Below the pieces are notes generated by a model. It was not told the origin of the DNA. It worked only from the letters and a program-made list of their open reading frames with translations, and did no database searches. Position numbers and translations under genes: made by a program. Positions 54,079 through 64,000 of a stretch of 64,000 nucleotides of DNA are shown piece by piece. Each line of letters starts with the position of its first letter. Position 1 is the stretch's first letter. Origin of the DNA: Eledone cirrhosa (taxonomy: Eukaryota). Where the stretch lies: positions 8,246,001-8,310,000 of the forward strand of contig OZ024743.1 of assembly GCA_964016885.1 (NCBI GenBank), read 5' to 3'.

Positions 54079-54546
54079 GTATTAGGATTGGTGCTCTGAA
54101 ATAGCGATGTATACATGAATGTATGCATAGTATATTTGGCAATATACCGTATGTTTAATTTAAAACATTTTGAAGACCTTGCGCTATCATTTTAAAGTAG
54201 TGAATATGTCACTTACTTCTTTTCAGCGAAAGAAGGCAGAGAAGCTAACAGTCTTTTTCAGAGCACCAATCCTAATACTTAATTTTTGCTGGACCGGCAA
54301 TCGCTCTGTATAATCAGCTCCTGATTATTACTGGAATTCTATAAGAATCCAGCTTCTATAATTTTCGGCAGAAGAGGGCAGTACGTAGCTCTGATGATTG
54401 CCAACAGCATGAAACAGACTGTCAGCTTATCTGCCTTCTTTCGCCGAAAAAAAATTAAGTGACATAGTCACTACTTTAAAATGATAGCGCAAGGTCTCCA
54501 AAATGTTTTTAATTAAACATACGCTATATTGCCAAATATACTATGC

Positions 54547-54549
<3 letters not shown>
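54079..54549 (+). mobile_element. Fold-back element with two sets of inverted repeats in (TA)n
   Basis: 54121-54257 is the reverse complement of about 54412-54549; 54079-54101 is the reverse complement of 54256-54278. Confidence 0.8.
54378..54434 (+). ncRNA. Type I hammerhead ribozyme, GUC site, U-U at 10.1/11.1
   Basis: GCAG..AGCT / CTGATGA / T-TGC(CAACA)GCA-T / GAAA / CAG(A)CTG / TC / AGCT..CTGC. Confidence 0.8.
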
Positions 54550-54584
<35 letters not shown>

Positions 54585-54587
54585 GTA

Positions 54588-55190
54588 TAAGGTAAACAGA
54601 AATAACAACACAATCGGTTAACGCTTAGGTTAACGCTTGATATAGCAGGAAGAGGGTCTTAACGTTTCGGACGCTAGTCCTTCATCGGAAGAAAGAATGA
54701 GAAATAAAATAGATTAAGGGAACGGGCGGGATAGAATTGGAAAAAAATGTCTTTAGATAAAAATAATAGGTCCATTCATGTTGACATCTCTTGCAAAACT
54801 TTGGTGCTGGTGTTTTGTGTATGATTTGTTTTTTAGAAAAGTGGATGATGGCGCGCGTCTACCTGAAATGGAAACAAAAAACGTTTTGTAAAAAGAGCTA
54901 TACTTGAGCACGTGCGTAAGCACGAGTGTGTGTTATTATAGGTCCGTACGAAGCTAAGAAGAAATGTGTGCATATATATGAGTAAAAGAGTGTGTGTGCA
55001 TGTAAGTACGAAGCTATCAGCAAAGAGAAAGCGATAGGAATATCTAGGAGTGTGATAATGGACGGGTTATTAGAGAAATTGGGGGAGTGAGTTGAGTCCA
55101 AGAGGGGAATAGGACTCAAGAATGTGAATCAGACTTTGTTCAGTCCTGGTGCGCGAGGCCTGTGAACCATGATGGTAAAGGACACCCAGG
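54588..55190 (-). mobile_element. 3' end of a Neptune-like Penelope element: GIY-YIG C-terminus (55070-55189) plus pseudo-LTR with a hammerhead (54657-54692)
   Basis: Minus frame LGVLYHHGSQASRTRTEQSLIHILESYSPLGLNSLPQFL* (R...E...I..L....P.GLN). Hammerhead TCTT-CCGATGA-A-GGAC(TAGC)GTCC-GAAACGTT-AAGA. Confidence 0.75.
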
Positions 55191-55206
55191 ATATATTTAT
55201 ATATAC

Positions 55207-55301
<95 letters not shown>

Positions 55302-55329
55302 GTGTGTGTAAATATAAGTGGATTGAAAT

Positions 55330-55560
55330 TCTTAGAAAATCAGATAAAATAACGCTATAAACGGAAAAAAAGTACCCAGCAATCGCTACAGAGAATCGAA
55401 CTCTATACCTCTTAAATTCTGGTTTAGCGCTCTGTACCATTACGCGAAATGAGCCTTGAGACAGCGCAGCCGGAATTTAAGAGGTAGAGAGCTCGATTTT
55501 CTGTATCGACTGCTGGCTGCTTTTTCCCCGTCTATATGAGCCTTTTAACTGATATTCTAA
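55330..55560. mobile_element. Head-to-head inverted pair of a short tRNA-like unit
   Basis: About 55330-55432 is a diverged reverse complement of about 55461-55560. The minus arm has TAATGGTACAGAGCGC, GAGTTCGATTC and a T7 run. Confidence 0.6.
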
Positions 55561-55917
55561 AGCTTTTTTATGGCTATTCTTCTACGTTCGAAATTTTCTT
55601 CGCTTTTAAAAATGTATATGTATATTTATAATATATATATATACGTGTTTATGTGTGTATGTATATATGTAGATATATATAAAACCAAGATTCAATACAT
55701 TAAAACATTATACATTGGTGATTTATTTATTTATTCATATATATACTCTGTGATTTTGTAATACTGTTATGACTGGAGATTTACAAATTGGATTTAACTC
55801 TGAACTGTCTTTTGCCAATCTTGATGTGGATAAAATCACATTGGAGCTTTGAATATCTGACTGCCTTATACAGTTGTATTATCAACTCATTTAATCTACC
55901 TTATATATAGTCAAGTG

Positions 55918-56040
55918 AAGGCGTGTGGCTGAGTGGTTAGAGAATTGGATTTGCAATCGTAAGGTTGTGAGTTCGATTCCTGGACCAGGCGATGCGTTAT
56001 ATCCTTGAGCAAGACACTTTATTTCACGTTGCTCCTTCTA
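55918..56040 (+). mobile_element. tRNA-derived CORE-like SINE (family 2), 5' part
   Basis: A box TGGCTGAGTGG, B box GAGTTCGATTCC, CCTTGAGCAAGACACTT. Confidence 0.78.
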
Positions 56041-56394
56041 CCTGGAGTTGCGACCGATAGATAGTATTAGCAATTGGAAAGACCAACGGAAACATTGTTC
56101 CCTCGGTCCGATTTGACGAAAGTCGATCGTTCCTTCCTTTATATATAGTCAGATATAAACATACATTTGGAGTGGTACCTCACTATACTAAATTTCAAAA
56201 TTTCTCGGGAATATTTTCATATCACGCTGGGGAATACCATATTAAATCAAAACTATTCTGGAAGAGCCAATTATAAAAAATTATCGCTGAAAAATCCACT
56301 GAAGCAGGTGCTGAGCTTTAAAATATTGAAATATAGCGAAATATTGAAGTTTTGAATAGTGATGTCAAAAGAAATGTGACAAGTGAGAATTCCT

Positions 56395-56685
56395 AGAAAA
56401 CAAAACAATAGGAATGGCTCTTTCATCGCTGTTCTACCTTACCATCCTCCGGGGAAACGCCTTCTCCATTCTGTCCGCCGTGGTTGTGGGGCGGCAAGCA
56501 CGTGGGATCCAATTTGCTAACTATACAGAGAGATGGGAGGGGGGGCGAGAGAGATGGAAGCGATGACGGTGGGAGTTCGGCTCTTCCGTATTTGGACACA
56601 TTGCACCTGTCATGAGCACATTATAGGACGTAATGCAAACTCATTCAGTACTATCATTCGGCCTTGTGGGCACGTCTATCTATCT
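56395..56685 (+). mobile_element. 3' fragment of a CRE-clade-like retrotransposon ending in (TCTA)n
   Basis: EWLFHR...LTILRGNAFSILSA parallels the 19500-19810 fragment. Confidence 0.5.
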
Positions 56686-57415
56686 ATCATATAGAACATT
56701 GTTGAAGGTACTCTTTATAAATGTAAGATAGATCACGCAACATGAATGGTGTTGGGAAATACAATTAATTTTAGTAACAATGAAATCAAAATTAAGACAA
56801 AACTGAGGTAAGAACAATTCTTGGGTACGGCGTTCGAACAAACTAAAATGACATTTGAAATAACTAGGATTGTTTTCCATGCGCTGATGCGTATGTGTAT
56901 ATGTGTGGGCGTGTGTGTGTGTGCATATGCATACTTTTATATGTATGAGTATATAAATATAAACGTGCAAACACAGAAACACTTACAAAATTTCTCACTC
57001 AGACATACATTCACACAAACACACACATACATTAAAACAAACACATATACACATACACAGCATAACAAATGGAACGCCAGCCGCTATTTTGCTACAGTTT
57101 TTTCACCACCCCCTGCCTTCCTTTTACACACACATATACATACACGCAGGCAGCAGACGTAAAGAGAGAGCAGTAGTATGAGGTAGTCAAACTACTCCTC
57201 TCTCTGTACATGTGACAGAATCGGGGAAATTTATATATAGATAATATAGCCAGTGATTTAAGAATCTAGAAACATGCTTCAGTTGAAAACAAACACAATA
57301 CTTTTGGTAAGCAAAGATATTCTACGAGATAATCAGGATATTCATCAATAAAAAATTGATATTGAGAAAAAACGTGAAATTGGTTATTCTTAGTACATTA
57401 GGAGTTTTAAATGAT

Positions 57416-57626
57416 GGTTTCTAATTTAGGCACAAGGCCAACAATTTGAGGGGAGAGAAAAATTAAATTGACCCCAATGCATTACTGGTACTGGTACTTT
57501 ATTTTATCGTCCCCGTAAGGATGAAAAGCAAAGCCAACCTCGACAGGATTTGAACTCCTAACGTAAGGGGTGTAACTAGATGCTGAAAGCATAATGTCCA
57601 ACGCCCTACCCAAACTGCCAATCCAT
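57416..57626 (-). mobile_element. SINE family 1, diverged
   Basis: Core and B box recognisable. Confidence 0.75.
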
Positions 57627-58815
57627 TTTGCTTAATTTTCAGCGTGACAAAGCTGGTCCTTTCAATTACAAGTACAGTCCATGCGGCGAGCTTCCACACA
57701 GTTTCCGTCTCCCCAGTATCACTTACAATGCTTGGGTCGACCTGAGGCAAAGATAAATGATAATTGCCTCAGGTATGCAGAGAGATCGAATCGGGGACGT
57801 AATGATTGCGACGCAGACCTCTTAGGCATTCAGCCATGTCACATCCACTTAGTAGTTATAAATAGCATTTGTTATATCAACAACAATAGTATCACCAATA
57901 TCTGTGAAAGTGGACAAGTATAACAAACATAAAAATAGTTTTCAAGACATGTTCTGGAAAAATATTTTCTTCTGGTAATTAGGTTATTTTTTCTTTTTTT
58001 CTCTTTTTTTTTTGTGATGCATTTTGAATATAAAATAAATGTTTTATACGCATTTGATCCCTTGACTGTTAGAATCATGGAGGTACCGTCGTAAAATACG
58101 GCATTTCTAGGATATTTTAAAATCTAGGGGAAGTCATTCGTTTCTAGATTTCTTCCAGAAGAAGGGAGACTAAAAAAGGAAGAGAAAGTGAGAAAGAACC
58201 AACCCTAGCACTGGTACTTTATTTACCATCTCTAAAGTCATAAAATTAAAAATTGACTTCTATGGGATTCGAACTTAGAACGAATACCGACCAGCAATCT
58301 ATCCGGCACACTAATGGCTCTGCCAATTCACCACCACGTTTGGAGTAAACATTGTTAGGTAAATATATAAATTGAACGTGGAAAAGATTAAAAGCTGAAG
58401 TCTTAATGAGTGAGGTCTGTTATTAACTTCTAGGTTCGTTTTAGTACTGTGTTTTAAAATAATGTTTTGTTCTAAAACTGTACGTTATGATGAGAAATCC
58501 ACGTAGAGTTTGACAGTGATTGATGACATAGGAAGAGGATATTTACGAACTAAGAAGTCAACCTAATGAGAAATAAATTCTTGTTTGTATTCTATCGCTG
58601 CAATGATTAAGCAACAATTTGGGGGGACATCAAGGAAATAAACATCTATAAACCTATGGAAAAGCACATATATAACTAGTAGCGAAAGAAAACAAACATA
58701 TGAGAGTTCTTACATTACTAAGAACAATGTTAGAATTTCATAAGCTATTCCTTCTGTCGTACCTATTAACATCAGACATCGTGTTGCTGAAATAGATCAA
58801 TGGTTTTACCCCAGC

Positions 58816-58939
<124 letters not shown>

Positions 58940-59584
58940 GGCTAAATGGTGAGTCTTGTTACTCTGGAGTTTCGCCTGCTTCTCATTTAGCCTTGATAAA
59001 ATGAATACTTAAATTCTACTTCGGTATTGAGTACTCTTTTCTTTCCACCGTCAACTACATAATGAACTGTTATTACAATTCTTTTATTTTGCACATTTAT
59101 CCCAAAGCAGTTATCGGAATTCGGTGTTTGATCATCGGAGATTCCTTTTTTAGGCGGAAACATATTTTTTTTAAAATCTTTTTCCTAACTCCTTTAGTAT
59201 ATGGTAACGTATATAGCACCCTAAAGCTTCTATCGGCCACTTGAAGCGACTAAAAGTTACCGGGATATAGCTTGACCCAAACCATTTCACTCTTGAACAT
59301 TTTGGTCAACAGACATAATTTTTGTCATAGATAGCAATTATTGTTTGAATTCATAAATCTACCATAAGAGAATGCGATGAAAATATAAGAAATGTCTCGC
59401 TACATTGTCATCACTCTCTTTCCATTTCTTATACAAACATATGTTGTAGAGGATAAATATATATATGTGTGTAACCATACTACTATGAACAGACAATTTT
59501 GAACATAATATGTTTTGCCTAATATATAACTATAATCAATATGTAGATGGAAATAACAATGAAAACTGCTGATGGTTCTTTGTT

Positions 59585-59656
<72 letters not shown>

Positions 59657-59723
59657 GGAGGTGAGTTTTATTTGAAATGCGCATAATAAAATACATGGAA
59701 CTCCTTTAACCATCTTTTGATCT

Positions 59724-59821
<98 letters not shown>

Positions 59822-59828
59822 TGTCGTA

Positions 59829-60018
59829 TGTTTGGAAAGAGAGATATATTTTAATTTTAATTATATCTCATATAAAATAATACAACTGGCTTTTCACAAA
59901 ATACATATAGTTAGCACCCCAAACACAAAATTGGGATTATACTAACGTATATCCTAATGTTTGTTGAGTGAGATGGTTACCAGTCAGAGTTTAGCTTAAA
60001 GCTTTCTCTGTTATTGTA

Positions 60019-60023
<5 letters not shown>
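59829..60023. repeat. Second copy of the 43162-43357 dispersed repeat
   Basis: Colinear match; between (TA)n tracts. Confidence 0.8.
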
Positions 60024-60056
<33 letters not shown>

Positions 60057-60058
<2 letters not shown>

Positions 60059-60245
60059 CGAAGGAAATGTGGTAAGGAACCAGGTGGACCATAACGCACC
60101 AAAGTACTCAATACTTAGGGTAGTAGAGTGGGTAATAGGAACGAGTAGGACCCCGACGGCTGAGCTCAAGCCGTTTCGACGGCTAATTCAGTCCAGAATT
60201 AGCCGTCGAAACGGCTTGAGCTCAGCCGTCGGGGTCCTACTCGTT

Positions 60246-60250
<5 letters not shown>
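60057..60250 (-). mobile_element. Fold-back mini-element, family D (55-bp perfect arms plus tail)
   Basis: 60135-60189 is the reverse complement of 60196-60250; tail matches 41166-41243. Confidence 0.87.
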
Positions 60251-60280
<30 letters not shown>

Positions 60281-60683
60281 ATGTGTGTGTGTGTACGTAT
60301 CAACTGATCACATCGATGAAAGAAATGTGGAACTCATTCGATTTAATGCATTTTATTTTATTTTGAAAATGATTTTTCTATATGGTCACTGAAGCTGTTA
60401 AAAATAGTAGCCAAATCACACTCTATTGTCTCAAAGAGACAATGAATACTATAATCCCGGATATACCCTTGAAAGGTTAGGGTGGTCATGGTCGGAATGA
60501 CTGATTAACGCACTCCAACTATACATCTGCATATATGTGTATTATAGACACACAAACATGCACACACACACACACACACAAATATATATTTCTGTGTGTG
60601 TGTGTGTGTGTATGTGTGTGTCTGTGTGTGTGTGTATGTGTGCGTGTGTGTGTGTATAAAGATATATAAATGTATATATTTTA

Positions 60684-60742
<59 letters not shown>

Positions 60743-60793
60743 TATGCAACCCCTTAATTATATACAGGTGTATACGTAAAAAAATATATTCTA

Positions 60794-61009
60794 CAGGATA
60801 TGAATCAGGTAAAAATCGATTAGCACGTGATCATAATGTCACCACACCAATGACTCAATAGTAATGACCATTGATGTCCAGCCAGCTAATGGTGGTGTTT
60901 TTGTCATACCTTTATTTGTGGATATTGATTTCACTTTGATATCTATCCTTAATTCCCCTATGTAGAGGATAAAGCCTATAAAATCGATTTCTACCTGACT
61001 CATATCCTG
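60794..61009. mobile_element. Small MITE with ~28-bp TIRs (Tc1/mariner-like)
   Basis: CAGGATATGAATCAGGTAAAAATCGATT and the reverse complement of AATCGATTTCTACCTGACTCATATCCTG. TA on the left, CA on the right. Confidence 0.65.
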
Positions 61010-61348
61010 CATATCTCATTTCTCCTATCCTTATATACAACTGTATATATATTTTAGTCAGCCTCAGGTGATGGCATTACACATACACTCACTTATACAC
61101 ACGCACATATACACACATATATAAACATACATATACATACACTCACCTAACATACACATACACTCAAACATACAAACCCACATATACAGTATAACCGCTT
61201 AACATTAAATATACACACATTTATAACCTCAACACAAGAATCCTGCACGTGTATGATTCTATGTACATATCTATCTTTCTTTTCTTGTGCGCCCTTGTGG
61301 CTAATAAAGAAATATATCTATCTATCTATCTATCTGTCTGTATATATA

Positions 61349-61396
<48 letters not shown>

Positions 61397-61414
61397 TGTG
61401 TGTGTGTATATATG

Positions 61415-61449
<35 letters not shown>

Positions 61450-61452
61450 ATA

Positions 61453-61528
<76 letters not shown>

Positions 61529-61599
61529 CTCACTTGTAATAATTCTTTACACACATCTCACTGTGTAACACACTTCTCTTTCTGTAATATATTTGTATG

Positions 61600-61640
<41 letters not shown>

Positions 61641-61676
61641 ATATATATATATGTGTGTATATATATATATATACAC

Positions 61677-61744
<68 letters not shown>

Positions 61745-61840
61745 ATATATATATATATGTGTGTATATATATATATACACATGTATATATATATATATAT
61801 ATACATGTGTATATATATATATATACACACATATATATAT

Positions 61841-61905
<65 letters not shown>

Positions 61906-62065
61906 TACAAATATATTACAGAATTATTACAAGTGAGTTTTACCGTGACTGTATAGAGAACAATATCTGTAGTTATAACGTTGGTAATTTAAAACTCTAC
62001 TTCAGAGATTTCATTCTGACTTAGTATTTTTCTATTTAATTGCTAAACCTGTAGATATTGTTCAC

Positions 62066-62104
<39 letters not shown>

Positions 62105-62526
62105 TTAAAAGAATAGAGGTGTAACACACGAGTTATGATATATTGGTAAAGGGAAAAGAAAATGCTGACAAATTGTTCCCAGTGAAAAATAGTTTAATTA
62201 GGAATAAGTAAAAATTAGTAATAAGTATTGGTTAGTATTCAGTTTTGGTTTTAAGTTTTTACCGGTTGCGCATTTCTAATGCTTTTCAAAAATAATTTTG
62301 AGATAGAGCGTCCGTGATGTTTGCACTAATCTGATTAGTGCAAACATCACGGACGCTCTATCTCAAAATTATTTTTGAAAAGCATTAGAAATGCGCAACC
62401 GGTAAAAACTTAAAACCAAAACTGAATACTAACCAATACTTATTACTAATTTTTACTTATTCCTAATTAAACTATTTTTCACTGGGAACAATTTGTCAGC
62501 ATTTTCTTTTCCTTTTACCAATATAT
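62105..62526. mobile_element. Near-perfect 389-bp palindrome (centre 62332) with a one-sided tail and mirrored hammerhead-like motifs (62372-62407 +, 62257-62292 -)
   Basis: About 194-bp arms, 1-nt spacer, one mismatch seen. Motif TTT-TTGAAAA-GCATT(AGA)AATGC-GCAA-CCGG-TA-AAA. Confidence 0.85.
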
Positions 62527-62764
62527 ATGTATATATATATATAAATGTAAGTCCAAAGAATCATTAGATAAAATATATACAGTATTTCCTCTCCCAACCA
62601 ATATAAATCAACCACACAAAAAATCATTTAAACGAGGCTATAAGTTTAAAATGTATATTATGAAGAAATAATAGACAAATGATATACTGTAGCTTCTTTT
62701 CCGCGATGTACAGCCATGTGATATTTACCTAATATTCTTTCTAGCCTGTAGAAATTGACTAGAC

Positions 62765-62829
<65 letters not shown>

Positions 62830-62904
62830 TACATATTCCTCTTTCCAATATAAAGCGTGAAAATAATAAGACGTTTTGTACCTCTCTTTGTTGTCTCCTG
62901 AAGC

Positions 62905-62936
<32 letters not shown>

Positions 62937-63461
62937 TATGCCTGTATTATTTGCTGTTTAGTCAGAGAAAGAAGGGCAGTACCCATATCCATTGTAAGGG
63001 TCATTTTAAGCCGGTGACCTGGTCAGAATTCTTACGACAATAATAAAGACATCCAAGTGTCAGACAGTTGTGTTAAACTGAGCCAATGGATCACGACTAC
63101 AACCCAAGTAGGTCCCAGCGAGATTTGAACTCAGAATACAAAATACCAGAATATATATCCCTAAGTATCTCGCTTCAAACCCTCACTTGTATCCCACTAC
63201 GAGGTATCTCACGTGCTACCCATTACCCAACCAAAGGATGAAAGTTCACTTCGGCGATATTTAAAATCAAATCACAAAGAACCGAAACAATTATTGCAAG
63301 GCGTTTTGTATTACGCTCTAACGGCTGCCAATTCGTATGTATATATAAATGTACATAGATATGCATATGTGTCGTGTGTGTATGTGTGTATGTGTGTATG
63401 TATATGTCTGTGCACGCGCATGTGTGTAACTGTGTGTGTGTGCACGTGTGAGTGTGTGTGT

Positions 63462-63595
<134 letters not shown>

Positions 63596-64000
63596 GTGTG
63601 TGTGCGTGTGTGTGTGTGTCTATATAGTAGGAAATATTTAATATTGCAATCATGAATGCAGTCAAATGATGATTCATGCAAATTGAAAGATGACTCCTAA
63701 CCCCCTCCCATTACAGATAAACCCTGATACCCATATTACACGAAAAATATGAATCTTAAAACTAATGTAATAATCAGTATTAGATAAAGGATACTAATTT
63801 CTGCTAAAACAAAATTTCAAATCAAATAACTCATTAATACTGCCGTACTCAAGAGTCCACACTTAAAATTAAACTAAAATAAAACACAATGAAACACGCG
63901 AACTAAACTTTAATTATTTAACTTTAACCGGAACAAAAAGCCTCACAAACCTCTGCAATTGACTTGAATTCCCTTCTCCTTAAAATATTCCAAAAAATGA

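Noticed and set aside
55918-55990. Genuine tRNA gene
   Set aside because: No clean acceptor stem, and it continues into a SINE core shared with 35640-35892.

Overview
AT-rich, repeat-dominated animal genomic DNA. The SINE families and microsatellite density look like an Octopus-type cephalopod genome (inference). No host protein-coding gene could be supported, and most listed ORFs are microsatellite or satellite artefacts. Contents: (i) a 6.8 kb 17/18-bp satellite with higher-order structure; (ii) a (TTA)n tract hit by one R4/Dong-type RLE retrotransposon and two Tx1/L1-type APE retrotransposons, one near full length; (iii) a second Tx1 block nested inside Tc1/mariner-like TIRs; (iv) RTE and CRE LINE fragments, a hAT MITE with a perfect 8-bp TSD, a Helentron/DINE-like element and many tRNA-derived SINEs. 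The most notable feature is a 5'-truncated Penelope-like element plus many short fold-back insertions in (TA)n tracts. Together with other nearby segments these carry about a dozen hand-folded type I hammerhead-ribozyme motifs from unrelated sequences, including U3-A8 and U10.1-U11.1 core variants. All RNA folds and alignments were done by eye, and boundaries of degraded repeats are approximate.
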